A program made the position numbers and the translations under genes. A stretch of DNA of 20,000 bases from IMG/VR virus record IMGVR_UViG_3300044948_000587, one strand, 5' to 3'. The notes beneath the pieces are model-generated. The model was not told where the DNA came from and did no database searches. It was given only the letters and a program-made list of their open reading frames with translations. Source of the DNA: an uncultured virus (IMG/VR IMGVR_UViG_3300044948_000587) (lineage: Duplodnaviria; Heunggongvirae; Uroviricota; Caudoviricetes). Below, one piece after another: positions 1-9,632 of the stretch (its first letter is position 1; the number at the start of each line of letters is the position of its first letter).

Positions 1-1608
1 ATATATGAAATCGATAAATGTGAATCGTCTGAAATTATTTTTAACAGCCTCAACTGCATGTTCAGGATTGTTTTCAGTAAAGTCTAATATACAGAAATTA
101 TCGTTTATTGGTAAAACCGTTGTTTGTATTTTATTTTCCTCTATAATTAATTGACCACCACCATCATTATAATCTTTTTCGTAAGATAAGTAAATCAATA
201 TCACACTAATTCTACCTTCATTTTTTCCATCTCTATGTTTTTCAATAAAATCACCATTCTCATATAAAGTAAAATTGGAAACATGGGACATATTACCAAT
301 ATATTCTGGATATAATTTACCCATTAAATTCTCAGAAATCTTCTCAAAATATTCTTTTAATCTATCCAATGTGTAACTTGGTCCTTGACTTTCCCACCAA
401 CGTTGTCCAATCTTACGATTATTTTCAATAATATATTGTTCTCTTAATGGTATTTCTTCTTCAGTAAGAAGTATTTTATAATTTTCCTGCGGGCTATAAA
501 TGTTATAATCTAAACGGTATTTGTAAATGTCCTTAGTTTCGGAAGACTTAAATAATAAATCAATCTTTTCAAAGAATTCATCTTTGTTTGTTGTTAATTC
601 ATTTGTGTTGCCAACATAATAACCAGATTTTAAAAAATCATTAATACTAACACTAATACCATCTACAGGTTCCAATTTACAATAATAAGAATAAACTTTA
701 TTTAGTCCATCTTTAAATGATGTTTTAGGAAATAATCCATATAGATTTTGTTTGGTGACATCCATTTGTCTTCTTAAATCACCGTTTGGTTTGCTTGGGT
801 CCCAAATAATTTTAATTGTTTTATTACTAGAAAGAATTAAACTTTCCACCATAGATTTAATAGTAATTTCTTCACCCGAACCAAAATTTACAATATCATT
901 TATTTGTTTATCGTACATTTGATAAATTGCATCTGCAACATCTTCTCCATAAACAAAATCCCTAATCGGACTTCCATCACCCCAACATTCTATTGTATCG
1001 TCCGAGTGATAAACTTTTTTAACCGTACTAGATATTACGGTACCTCCGCCAGTAAAATCATCATATTCACCGTATATGTTTGCTGGTCTAATTATTGACC
1101 ATTTTTTATATCCATATTGAACTTTATATGCTTCTAATAATAGTTCACCCATCCTTTTAGACCATGATGGAAACCAATCATGTTCAGATGGTAATGTTTT
1201 CCACACATCATCCTCAACAAATTTCTCAGAAGGAGCGTAGACACCAACAGAACTCATAAAAACTAACCAAATATCCATTTTTGAACATTGATTAATTAAT
1301 TCAGTATTGATTTTAAATGAAGGATAAAGAAAATCTACCGGAGATTCTTTGGCCCTTATTGGTGACCCCTTAACACCAAACGCGTTTACAACAACATCTG
1401 GTTTATGTCTGTTTAATACATCTCTAATATTATTATCTACAGTTAAATCTAAACATTCATATTTAAATTTATCTTCATGTTCGTAAAATATTTTAATTTG
1501 TATTGGTTTAATGTCAACGCCAACAACAATAAAATCTTCTTTTAAAAATTTCTTTATTAAATAAGTTCCCACTAAACCAGAACATCCGGTTATTAATACT
1601 GTTTTCAT
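1..1608 (-). CDS. Fusion: GDP-L-fucose synthase-like NAD(P)-dependent epimerase/reductase (extended SDR) + C-terminal 2OG-Fe(II) oxygenase; 3' end runs off the window (>=536 aa)
   Basis: Manual translation, absent from the ORF track: ATG at 1608-1606 (overlaps the upstream TGA), no stop down to base 1. N-part MKTVLITGCSGLVG, RPANIYG, WGDGSPIRDFVY, NFGSGEEITI, WDPSKPNG. C-part FTLYENGDFIEKHRDG...GGGQL...HAVEAV...RRF (HxD...H...R). Confidence 0.88.
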   Translation of the reverse strand, partial: MKTVLITGCSGLVGTYLIKKFLKEDFIVVGVDIKPIQIKIFYEHEDKFKYECLDLTVDNNIRDVLNRHKPDVVVNAFGVKGSPIRAKESPVDFLYPSFKINTELINQCSKMDIWLVFMSSVGVYAPSEKFVEDDVWKTLPSEHDWFPSWSKRMGELLLEAYKVQYGYKKWSIIRPANIYGEYDDFTGGGTVISSTVKKVYHSDDTIECWGDGSPIRDFVYGEDVADAIYQMYDKQINDIVNFGSGEEITIKSMVESLILSSNKTIKIIWDPSKPNGDLRRQMDVTKQNLYGLFPKTSFKDGLNKVYSYYCKLEPVDGISVSINDFLKSGYYVGNTNELTTNKDEFFEKIDLLFKSSETKDIYKYRLDYNIYSPQENYKILLTEEEIPLREQYIIENNRKIGQRWWESQGPSYTLDRLKEYFEKISENLMGKLYPEYIGNMSHVSNFTLYENGDFIEKHRDGKNEGRISVILIYLSYEKDYNDGGGQLIIEENKIQTTVLPINDNFCILDFTENNPEHAVEAVKNNFRRFTFIDFIY

Positions 1609-2867
1609 TTTATTTCTTTATTTACTAGGTAGTCAAAAAAGTAATTAACATCTTTAGTTGATCTAAAAATGTTTAATACCGCCTGTTTATTTTTTTCAAA
1701 TCGTTCAATGTTATTGTTATAAAATTCAATAACTTTATCTTTATTATCGTTTAATCGTTTAATTTCATCTAAGACCATAAAAAATCTTTTTCTAATATCA
1801 GGCTCTCTATCGTAACTATGATCTATAAAATCATCAAAAACATCAAACCCATGTAACTCTCTCAGATACCTTACGTGTCTTTGTGATGATAAAAAAATTG
1901 GTAATTGATAAAAATAAAATGGTTTTAATGATTTTTCGGTAATGTGTACCGCATCATAATGATAATTAGATTCAGTTACTATATTAACATACGTATTTTC
2001 AAATGTTTTAGTTTCATAAATTTTTTCCCAATTAAATGACCCTAAAACCTCCTCAGCTTCAAACCACCCCGACTCCTCTTCATATTTACTTCGTTTAATA
2101 TCAATAGAATCAAAATAATCAATTTCGGGTTTTAATTCTATAATATCTTCATCATGTAAAATTCCGTTATAAAAATAGGTTAATGTTTTTTGTCTCTTAG
2201 CCCACCCCATAATAAGTGACCAATCCACATTTTCTAATATCCCAAGTTTCATTAACATTACCAATAAAGTATATCTATGTGTTTTGGGTGACCTATTGTG
2301 ACACATAAAAAACCCTTCCTTATCTTTTACATATTTTGAATTTTGAAATGACAAATGTCGAGCAATAAATTTTAATAAAAATCCTGATGAATAAACATTA
2401 AGTTTTGTTCCAGTTTTAAATTTTAATATTTCCATTTCGGCATTATTGTTAATAACAAATATCCGACTTAAATCAAAACCTTTTTTGGTAAAATAAGAAT
2501 CAATATATAATAAATAATCTTCAGTTTCATATTCATGTTCGTTTAAAAATATGATATTGAAATTATTACATGATAAAAAACATTCCCCAACAATTTCAGG
2601 TAAAGGAATTGTTTTATATTCTTTAAATGTATTATGGACATTACCAATCCCGTTTATAAAATAAAAATAATTCTCATCAGGGTTTTTGTAAACGTCTTCA
2701 ATCTTACATTTATTCATTCGATGATATATTTTATGACTTGAATCGTCATAAAATCTAAAAAACCCATCTAAAATCCTAAACCTATTTGGTTGTGTTGTGT
2801 TAAGTAAATTAGGTTGTGTTTCACCATCCACCCAATTATCGTAAACTACATTTAAAATATCACCCAT
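1605..2867 (-). CDS. Putative glycosyltransferase-like protein (GT10-like ITEK motif), paralogue 1
   Basis: NRSPKTHR, YVNIVTES, ITEKSLKPF, GFDVFDDFIDHSYD; clearly similar to 6322-7578 and 5075-6319. Start set at the second Met (MGDILNVVYDNW) by alignment with LNLVYDKW of the paralogue. Function is inference. Confidence 0.6.
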   Translation of the reverse strand: MGDILNVVYDNWVDGETQPNLLNTTQPNRFRILDGFFRFYDDSSHKIYHRMNKCKIEDVYKNPDENYFYFINGIGNVHNTFKEYKTIPLPEIVGECFLSCNNFNIIFLNEHEYETEDYLLYIDSYFTKKGFDLSRIFVINNNAEMEILKFKTGTKLNVYSSGFLLKFIARHLSFQNSKYVKDKEGFFMCHNRSPKTHRYTLLVMLMKLGILENVDWSLIMGWAKRQKTLTYFYNGILHDEDIIELKPEIDYFDSIDIKRSKYEEESGWFEAEEVLGSFNWEKIYETKTFENTYVNIVTESNYHYDAVHITEKSLKPFYFYQLPIFLSSQRHVRYLRELHGFDVFDDFIDHSYDREPDIRKRFFMVLDEIKRLNDNKDKVIEFYNNNIERFEKNKQAVLNIFRSTKDVNYFFDYLVNKEIK

Positions 2868-3484
2868 TTTCCTGTTCCGTAGTGCGGCCACTCTTTTTTA
2901 TAATCGTACCAAATAACATCATTAGGTGCTTCAGTTTTTATTTTCCAAGTTTCTATTGTTGGAGTATTGGTTGAAACTCCATTATCCTCTACCACAAATT
3001 TTATTGGTAAATCAAAATTCTTGGCATATTTGTAATTTTCCATAAATCCACCAGTTTCGTATGCCATATCACCAATAAAACACCATACCATTTCATCATT
3101 ACCTTCCATTTTATTTTTCATAGCAACACCAACTGCAATTGGTATGATGGCACCAACAATAGCGGACGCATAAAACTTCTCTTCTTTATTTACTAACGTA
3201 ATAGACCTACCTTCTAATATTTCGTTTTCAATCCATAGAGGGTCTATACCTTTTAGTAATGCGTGATAATGTGATCTCCAAGTAGAGAAAACCCAATCAG
3301 ATTTTTTTATTCGTCTAAAGATTTCAATTAATTCTTTTTCATTACCACCACTCAAATGAATCGGTCCTCTTACTCTACCCGATTCCCAATGGTCTGCCAT
3401 CTTTCTTTCAAATTGAATTAATCCTGCACTATCCCATAATGATTCTCTCACTATTGGTAAATGGTCATTTAAATTTTTTATCAT
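2852..3484 (-). CDS. ThDP-dependent dehydrogenase E1 alpha-like subunit (short, 210 aa)
   Basis: GPIHLSGGNE, STWRSHYHAL, SAIVG, ThDP motif variant GDMAYETG...VVEDN. Confidence 0.88.
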   Translation of the reverse strand: MIKNLNDHLPIVRESLWDSAGLIQFERKMADHWESGRVRGPIHLSGGNEKELIEIFRRIKKSDWVFSTWRSHYHALLKGIDPLWIENEILEGRSITLVNKEEKFYASAIVGAIIPIAVGVAMKNKMEGNDEMVWCFIGDMAYETGGFMENYKYAKNFDLPIKFVVEDNGVSTNTPTIETWKIKTEAPNDVIWYDYKKEWPHYGTGKWVIF

Positions 3485-4026
3485 CTATCTCTTTTTTGTA
3501 ATATTGGATTATTTGTTGGCCATTCCATTTGATATTCGGGGTCATTCCATTTAACAACTCCTTGTTCGTCAGCATCGACATAACCATCTTTATAAAATAG
3601 GTTATAGTGAAACATACAATCGGTTAATGCGTAATGTCCATTTGCAAACCCTGGTGGAACCAACACTTGATTTCTTTCTTTTTCAGTTATCATGAAAGAT
3701 TCCCAATCCCCAAATGTTGATGAATATTTCCTCATATCTAATACTATTAAATATATATCACCAACTGCGGCTTGTACTAACTTCCAAGTTTTAGTATCAT
3801 AGTGTAAACCTCTTAATACCCCTTTATACGATTTTGAAAATCTACCGTGAATACTAATTTCACTTTTTTCATAATGTATATGCCTCATTACAGGATGTTC
3901 TTCTGAATGAAAGGTTGTGAATATTTCACCTCTATATTCTCTATAAATTGAAGGTGTAAACGTTGGAACTTGATATCCAAATACTTTTGATGGAGTTTCT
4001 ATAAACTCATCCCATTTATTGCTCAT
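3481..4026 (-). CDS. rfbC: dTDP-4-dehydrorhamnose 3,5-epimerase family (RmlC cupin)
   Basis: RGEIF, SKSYKGVLRGLHY, KLV, VPPGFANGH, WNDP...WP...KRD motifs. Confidence 0.9.
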   Translation of the reverse strand: MSNKWDEFIETPSKVFGYQVPTFTPSIYREYRGEIFTTFHSEEHPVMRHIHYEKSEISIHGRFSKSYKGVLRGLHYDTKTWKLVQAAVGDIYLIVLDMRKYSSTFGDWESFMITEKERNQVLVPPGFANGHYALTDCMFHYNLFYKDGYVDADEQGVVKWNDPEYQMEWPTNNPILQKRDR

Positions 4027-4027
4027 A

Positions 4028-4999
4028 TTATGTGTTGTTTGCGTATCCTAAAGGAAAACCATTTCTAAATTCTGCACCCATTTTAGGTACAATCATTTGG
4101 TATGCCATTATTAATTCATTAATTCCCATATCAATATCCCACTTAGGAGACCAACCAGTCAATTCAACTTTAGTGTTTGATACAATGTAATCTCTTTTAT
4201 CGGGGTCTTCGTAATAGTCATTATATGACACTGCAAAGTTTTTAACATGAGATTGAATTTTCTCAAGTAATTCCTGTTTTGATAAATTAGCGTTACTTAA
4301 TCCAACATTGAAAACTTCACCCTTATATTTGTCATAATTTTCTAACATAAACAAAAACACATTTGCCACATCTTGAATATGTATGAAATTTCTTTTAAAA
4401 CTCTTTTCAAAAACAACAATGTATTTGTCAGTGATTGCCTTATAAGTAAAATCATTAACTAATAAGTCGGTTCTCATTCTTGGAGACACACCAAAAACAG
4501 TTGCCAATCTAAAAACAATAGCGTCAGTTGAAGTCCTTAAAAAATTCTCAGCTTCACATTTTGTTTGACCATAAACTGAAATTGGTGTAAGTGGAGATTC
4601 CTCGGTACATTCTAATTGACCAGTACTTAAACCATAACCACTATTTGTATTTGGATATAAAATCTTTTTACCCTTTCCATTTGTGAATTTAACAATATTA
4701 ACTATTTGTTGTAAGTTAATTTCTTTTGCTAATTTAGGGTCTTGTGCACAAGCAGGAAACCCAACTATTGCGGCTAAAGGTATGATTACATCAACCTCAT
4801 TACATAACCTTTCCAATTCCGTTTCATTACGAACATCACCATAGATAAATTTAAAATTTGGATTTGATGTGTATTGTAATAGTGAGGTTTGATTAAATAA
4901 TAATTTATCCAAGACTATTACGTTGTGACCGTAATCTAACATTTTACCAGTAATAACAGAACCGAGATAACCGGCACCACCTGTGATTAGTATTTTCAT
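4028..4999 (-). CDS. NAD-dependent nucleotide-sugar epimerase/dehydratase (extended SDR)
   Basis: ITGGAGYLG, LAAIVG, YGQTK (YxxxK), RLATVFG, RNFIHIQDVA. Confidence 0.92.
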   Translation of the reverse strand: MKILITGGAGYLGSVITGKMLDYGHNVIVLDKLLFNQTSLLQYTSNPNFKFIYGDVRNETELERLCNEVDVIIPLAAIVGFPACAQDPKLAKEINLQQIVNIVKFTNGKGKKILYPNTNSGYGLSTGQLECTEESPLTPISVYGQTKCEAENFLRTSTDAIVFRLATVFGVSPRMRTDLLVNDFTYKAITDKYIVVFEKSFKRNFIHIQDVANVFLFMLENYDKYKGEVFNVGLSNANLSKQELLEKIQSHVKNFAVSYNDYYEDPDKRDYIVSNTKVELTGWSPKWDIDMGINELIMAYQMIVPKMGAEFRNGFPLGYANNT

Positions 5000-5005
5000 A
5001 ATTAA

Positions 5006-5033
5006 AATATACGAAAAATATTATTAATTTCAA
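5006..5033 (-). promoter_or_regulatory. Putative sigma70-like promoter of the left operon
   Basis: Minus strand TTGAAA-N16-TATATT, 6 nt before the ATG at 4999. Confidence 0.45.
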
Positions 5034-5034
5034 A

Positions 5035-5063
5035 TTGTTATTTCAATTATTTTTAACTATATT
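5035..5063 (+). promoter_or_regulatory. Putative sigma70-like promoter of the right arm
   Basis: TTGTTA-N17-TATATT, 11 nt before the ATG at 5075, in the divergent intergenic gap. Confidence 0.5.
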
Positions 5064-5074
5064 ATCACATAGAT

Positions 5075-6319
5075 ATGGATAAAATTATATGCAGTTTAGA
5101 AGAGTGGGATAGTGTTATTGACTATCATAGACCTAATGGTGCATCTAAATCTTGGTATTTAAAAGAATTAGGGGAATTAACAAGACCCCTAATGTGGGGT
5201 AATTGGGACTTATTTAATGAAAACGGTGAATTTTTTACGCCAGATTTTTTTAAAGGTAAAATAGCACCGAACATATATAATAAAAAAATAGAATACCAAA
5301 CAATAGATAACATAGAGAACGACAAACACATATATGTTATTAATATTTATAATGTTTCATTTTTTTATGAAAATTTAGATATTGGATTTAGTTGCATATC
5401 TGAAAAATATCTTGATGATGTTAGAAATGGAAAATCCAAGATAGTTTTAATGTTGTTGTATGAAGGAACGTCAGGTTCTAAAGATAACTATGACTTGGAA
5501 ATTATAAATAAGTGGAGAAAGGATTCTAACTTACCAACAAATTCAATTTATTTTTGTTGTGGTAATTTATTGTGTAATCAAATCACTATAGAGAAAGGAT
5601 TAGGGATTACGTCGATACCAATGTTGGATTTTGAAACATGGAACACATATCAAGGTGATATTGTTGACTATACACCTGTAAATCAAAAAAACTTATTTTT
5701 AAATTATAATAGAAACCCTAGACCTCATAGGGTTGAATTTTTAAGTAATCTTTTAAATGTAGATATTTTTAATAGGGGTTTAATTAGTATAGGAAAGGTT
5801 ATTGATGGTAACAATGAATTTTTAATCAACAACACCCCTATTACTATTGATGATACCTATGATTTAAAATTCAATATGGCATGTAGTATAACTAAAAGTG
5901 ATTATGAAAAAACATTCATATCGGTCGTATCTGAAACATTAGTTGATGAAGGTACTTTGTTTATAACTGAGAAAACTTGGAAGCCGATAATGGTTGGTCA
6001 TCCATTTATGATTTTGGGTAATCAAGGTACATTAAAGTATTTAAAATCAATAGGTTATAAAACTTTTAGTCCTTGGATTAATGAAGAATATGATGATATT
6101 TCAGATTCTGCAACAAGGTTAATTAAAATTGTTGAGGAATTGGAAAAATTAAGTAAAAAGAGTGTTGAGGAATTATTAGAAATTAGGAAAGAAATGGGAG
6201 ATATATGTAAACATAATCAGGAAAATTTTAATAACCGATTTAAAATGAAGTATGGTGAGAATAATATAAACGGAGATATATCAAACATGTTTGATATTAT
6301 ATGGAATGAAATTAGTTAA
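5075..6319 (+). CDS. Putative glycosyltransferase-like protein (GT10-like ITEK motif), paralogue 2
   Basis: NRNPRPHR, FISVVSET, FITEKTWKPI, GHPFMILG, GYKTFSPWINEEYD. Confidence 0.6.
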   Translation: MDKIICSLEEWDSVIDYHRPNGASKSWYLKELGELTRPLMWGNWDLFNENGEFFTPDFFKGKIAPNIYNKKIEYQTIDNIENDKHIYVINIYNVSFFYENLDIGFSCISEKYLDDVRNGKSKIVLMLLYEGTSGSKDNYDLEIINKWRKDSNLPTNSIYFCCGNLLCNQITIEKGLGITSIPMLDFETWNTYQGDIVDYTPVNQKNLFLNYNRNPRPHRVEFLSNLLNVDIFNRGLISIGKVIDGNNEFLINNTPITIDDTYDLKFNMACSITKSDYEKTFISVVSETLVDEGTLFITEKTWKPIMVGHPFMILGNQGTLKYLKSIGYKTFSPWINEEYDDISDSATRLIKIVEELEKLSKKSVEELLEIRKEMGDICKHNQENFNNRFKMKYGENNINGDISNMFDIIWNEIS

Positions 6320-6321
6320 CT

Positions 6322-7578
6322 ATGGAAAATAACACAAAAAAACTAAATTTAGTTTACGATAAGTGGGATGACAACACAAAAAAACCAACACCAAACGGTA
6401 GTTGGGATGCCTCTAACTTAATAAACCATTTCATAAATGATTCATTTAAATACAATAAATTTGAGTTGAAAAATTGTAAATTAGAAGATGTTTATGAAAA
6501 TAAAAATGAAAAATACTATTATTTTTTTACACACGGTAGAGAGGAACTATCAAAAATTTTTGACAGAGAATTACCATTTGAAATTGATATATTAAACTGT
6601 TTAAAAGACTGCCCAAATTTTTATTTTGTTTACATTACAGAACATGAACCAGATAATGAAAGTGGGTTCAGAATGTTACGAGAATTTATATCTTATCAAA
6701 AATTAAACGAAACACAATTTTACGTCATAAATAATAATGATAAACTTAATGAATATAAAATAAAATATAATAGTAATATAAATGTGCATTCATTGCAATT
6801 CATAGCTCACTCCTCAACAAAAGTTTTAGATTATGTTGGCGGGTGTAGTTTTATTCCTAACAAAACAGGTAAATTTGCTATGTTATTTAATAAATCCCCG
6901 AGATCTCAAAGGGCGTGTTTGTTATGTCTATTAATGAAAAATGGATTACTTAACCAAATGAATTGGTCTTTTGTACCAACATATAATGTTAACATAGATG
7001 AAAGGTATTTTAAGGATTTATTAAGTGAAAATGATATAAATGACATTAAATCTGAGATTGATGATTTTTCTAAATTAGAAATTAAAATCAGTGATTTTGA
7101 GGAAGAAAAAAATTGGTTTAACAAACACGAACAACCAAATATGGCTGGGTTACCAAAAATAATGACAATACCAGAGTACCCAAAAAATTATGAAAATTCA
7201 TATGTTAACATTGTTACCGAATCAATGTATTTTAAAAAGTATAATGTAATCCACATAACTGAAAAATCATTTAGACCATTTTATTATTATCAAATCCCAT
7301 TAATATTGGCGTCCGAAGGACATGTTAAAAAAATAAAAGAGAGATATGGGTTAGATTTTTTTGACGACATCATTGACCACAGTTATGATGGTATTAAAAA
7401 TGATAGAGATAGATTATATGCTTTTGTAAAAGAAATTGAAAGAATACATCAAAATAAAGACCAAATCATTGAATTTTATAAAAAAAATCAAGAAAGATTT
7501 GAAGATAATAAAAGAAAAATCATTAAAAATTTAGATTTAGTTAATGATGAATATGAATTTTTTAAAAACTTAATTTAA
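6322..7578 (+). CDS. Putative glycosyltransferase-like protein (GT10-like ITEK motif), paralogue 3
   Basis: NKSPRSQR, YVNIVTES, HITEKSFRPF, GLDFFDDIIDHSYD; closest to 1605-2867. Confidence 0.6.
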   Translation: MENNTKKLNLVYDKWDDNTKKPTPNGSWDASNLINHFINDSFKYNKFELKNCKLEDVYENKNEKYYYFFTHGREELSKIFDRELPFEIDILNCLKDCPNFYFVYITEHEPDNESGFRMLREFISYQKLNETQFYVINNNDKLNEYKIKYNSNINVHSLQFIAHSSTKVLDYVGGCSFIPNKTGKFAMLFNKSPRSQRACLLCLLMKNGLLNQMNWSFVPTYNVNIDERYFKDLLSENDINDIKSEIDDFSKLEIKISDFEEEKNWFNKHEQPNMAGLPKIMTIPEYPKNYENSYVNIVTESMYFKKYNVIHITEKSFRPFYYYQIPLILASEGHVKKIKERYGLDFFDDIIDHSYDGIKNDRDRLYAFVKEIERIHQNKDQIIEFYKKNQERFEDNKRKIIKNLDLVNDEYEFFKNLI

Positions 7579-8288
7579 TGGGAACATTATGGACTTTTGG
7601 TTGCAGTTTTACTGCGGAGTGGTATCCAGTGGGATATGAAAACCCATCGACATACGATGAATATAAAAAATTTAAAGGAGGTACGTTACCTGATGTGTGG
7701 CCAATTATTTTAGGTAAAAAATTAAATTATGACCTTAGAAACTGTGCCTTTGGTGGGTCATCAAATTATAATATATTAAAACAGTTTATTAATGCAATTG
7801 ATAACATAAATGAGGGGGACATATTAATATTTGGATGGACAAGTTTACTTAGATTTTGTGCTGTTAGTGAATCGGAACATAAAATTATTGAAATGTTACC
7901 AAGATATTCATATGATGTAAATGTTGGTTATTCAAAAACAACTGTTGATGAAATATTGGTTAATAGGTCACATCCATTATGGGCGGAAGAGGTTAATAAT
8001 TGGATTAAGTTTATTAATGATTATTGTTGTTTAAAAAATGTTGAGATATTTCATTGGAATAGTGATATTTTGTTGTTTGACGAGAACTCCAAATTTATTG
8101 ATGATAAAAAATACATATTACCACCAAAAGGAAATCAGAATGAAACAATGATTAATTATTTTACCAATAATATAGGAACAATACAAGATGAAACTGATGG
8201 TAAAATTAATGATTTACATTTAGGTGAGTTTGGTCACATTAAACAAGCTGAATATTTTTATAATCACATAAAAAAACACATAAAATGA
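7578..8288 (+). CDS. SGNH/GDSL-like hydrolase or acyltransferase
   Basis: Block I variant FGCSFT, GGSSN, C-terminal DLHLGEFGH. Confidence 0.65.
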   Translation: MGTLWTFGCSFTAEWYPVGYENPSTYDEYKKFKGGTLPDVWPIILGKKLNYDLRNCAFGGSSNYNILKQFINAIDNINEGDILIFGWTSLLRFCAVSESEHKIIEMLPRYSYDVNVGYSKTTVDEILVNRSHPLWAEEVNNWIKFINDYCCLKNVEIFHWNSDILLFDENSKFIDDKKYILPPKGNQNETMINYFTNNIGTIQDETDGKINDLHLGEFGHIKQAEYFYNHIKKHIK

Positions 8289-8908
8289 GGTTAATAACAT
8301 TTGGAGATAGTTGGACTGCGGGTCATGGTATTGAAACTGATATAAAATATAAAGAGGAACCATTTCCAGATGCATTCACACAAAAATTAAGGGATATGAA
8401 TTCGTGGCCAAGATGGGTTGCACAAAAACTTGATTGTCCATATGTTAATCTTGGTGTTTGTGGTTATGGAAACGAATACATTTTAAATGAGATTGATGGA
8501 ATTAAAAATTTTGGATTATTATCTAAAGACGACATCATCATTGTTATGTTCTCATATCCATATAGATATAAATCTAAAGATAGTCACAATGTTGTTGAGA
8601 TATTCTTACTAATGGAAGAAATTTTAAAAGATTATAAACATTTTTATTTTAATTCATTTTACCCATCGTTTAGGGAGGAGGATGTCGACACCAAAAAACT
8701 ACCATCATATTTCATTAATCCCGATGGGTGTGTTTCAGATATTTTAAGGGAATATGAAATTAAAAATGATGAATCAGTTTGGGAGTATGGTAATAGAAGT
8801 GTATGGAATGACGAGGAAAATTTTTACGAGGGAGATTATCACCCAAATTTAAATGGTTATAAAATAATTGGAGATTACATATATGAACAAATTAATAAAA
8901 TTATATAA
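8285..8908 (+). CDS. SGNH/GDSL-like hydrolase or acyltransferase
   Basis: FGDSWTAG, NLGVCGYGN, DYHPNLNGY. Confidence 0.75.
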   Translation: MRLITFGDSWTAGHGIETDIKYKEEPFPDAFTQKLRDMNSWPRWVAQKLDCPYVNLGVCGYGNEYILNEIDGIKNFGLLSKDDIIIVMFSYPYRYKSKDSHNVVEIFLLMEEILKDYKHFYFNSFYPSFREEDVDTKKLPSYFINPDGCVSDILREYEIKNDESVWEYGNRSVWNDEENFYEGDYHPNLNGYKIIGDYIYEQINKII

Positions 8909-9629
8909 CGAAGATAATATTAAAATATGGGTGGATTATTTAACTCATGTTGATATTAAATTTAATGGGTATAAACCAAAAATTCAAAACAACTCAAAAC
9001 ACTATGCTGTTATAATTGAACCTAGACAACATCTTAATTTAGCGTTGGTGATGAAATCAACAATGTTTCATTTAAATGAGAATGAATCACCAATTAAGTG
9101 GGGATTACAAATTTTTCATGGTACGAATAACGAAGACTATATAAAAAACATAACTAAAGATTGGGGTGGAGTTGAATATTTTAATATGGGGGTTAGAAAC
9201 TTATCAAATATTGAACATAGTGAGTATATGGAAACATCGGATTTTTGGAAAAATGTAAAAGGGGATAAGGCTTTAATTTTTCAAACAGATTCTTTACTAT
9301 TAAGAAGCGGTATTGATGAATTCTTATCTTATGATTACATAGGAGCTCCGTGGAGAAAACCAAAAGAAAATCAGTGGGTTGGTAATGGAGGATTATCATT
9401 AAGAACCGTTAGTAAAATGATTGAAATTTGTGAAAATAACCCAGTTACCGAACAAATTTGGGAAGATATTTATTTTATGAAACATATGAAAGGAATGGGT
9501 GTTGCTGATGTTGAAACCGCGTCAAAATTTAGTATGGAAGACGTATTTTCAAAAAACCCCTTAGGTGTTCATAACCCAATAAGACACATTGAACCAAAAC
9601 AATTAAAAAAGGTTCTTTTTAAAAAATAG
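8883..9629 (+). CDS. DUF5672-like putative glycosyltransferase
   Basis: IIEPR, IFQTDS, YDYIGAPW, VGNGGLSLR, EDIYF, A..FS.E, G.H motifs; ATG at 8883 preferred to the upstream near-cognate start at 8868. Confidence 0.75.
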   Translation: MNKLIKLYNEDNIKIWVDYLTHVDIKFNGYKPKIQNNSKHYAVIIEPRQHLNLALVMKSTMFHLNENESPIKWGLQIFHGTNNEDYIKNITKDWGGVEYFNMGVRNLSNIEHSEYMETSDFWKNVKGDKALIFQTDSLLLRSGIDEFLSYDYIGAPWRKPKENQWVGNGGLSLRTVSKMIEICENNPVTEQIWEDIYFMKHMKGMGVADVETASKFSMEDVFSKNPLGVHNPIRHIEPKQLKKVLFKK

Positions 9630-9632
9630 ACA

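Noticed and set aside
904..1098. 64-aa plus-strand ORF from the track
   Set aside because: Antisense shadow of the SDR-oxygenase fusion gene; no motifs.
2852..3484. Housekeeping pyruvate dehydrogenase pdhA
   Set aside because: Too short, embedded among NDP-sugar genes, with no E2/E3; gene symbol withheld.
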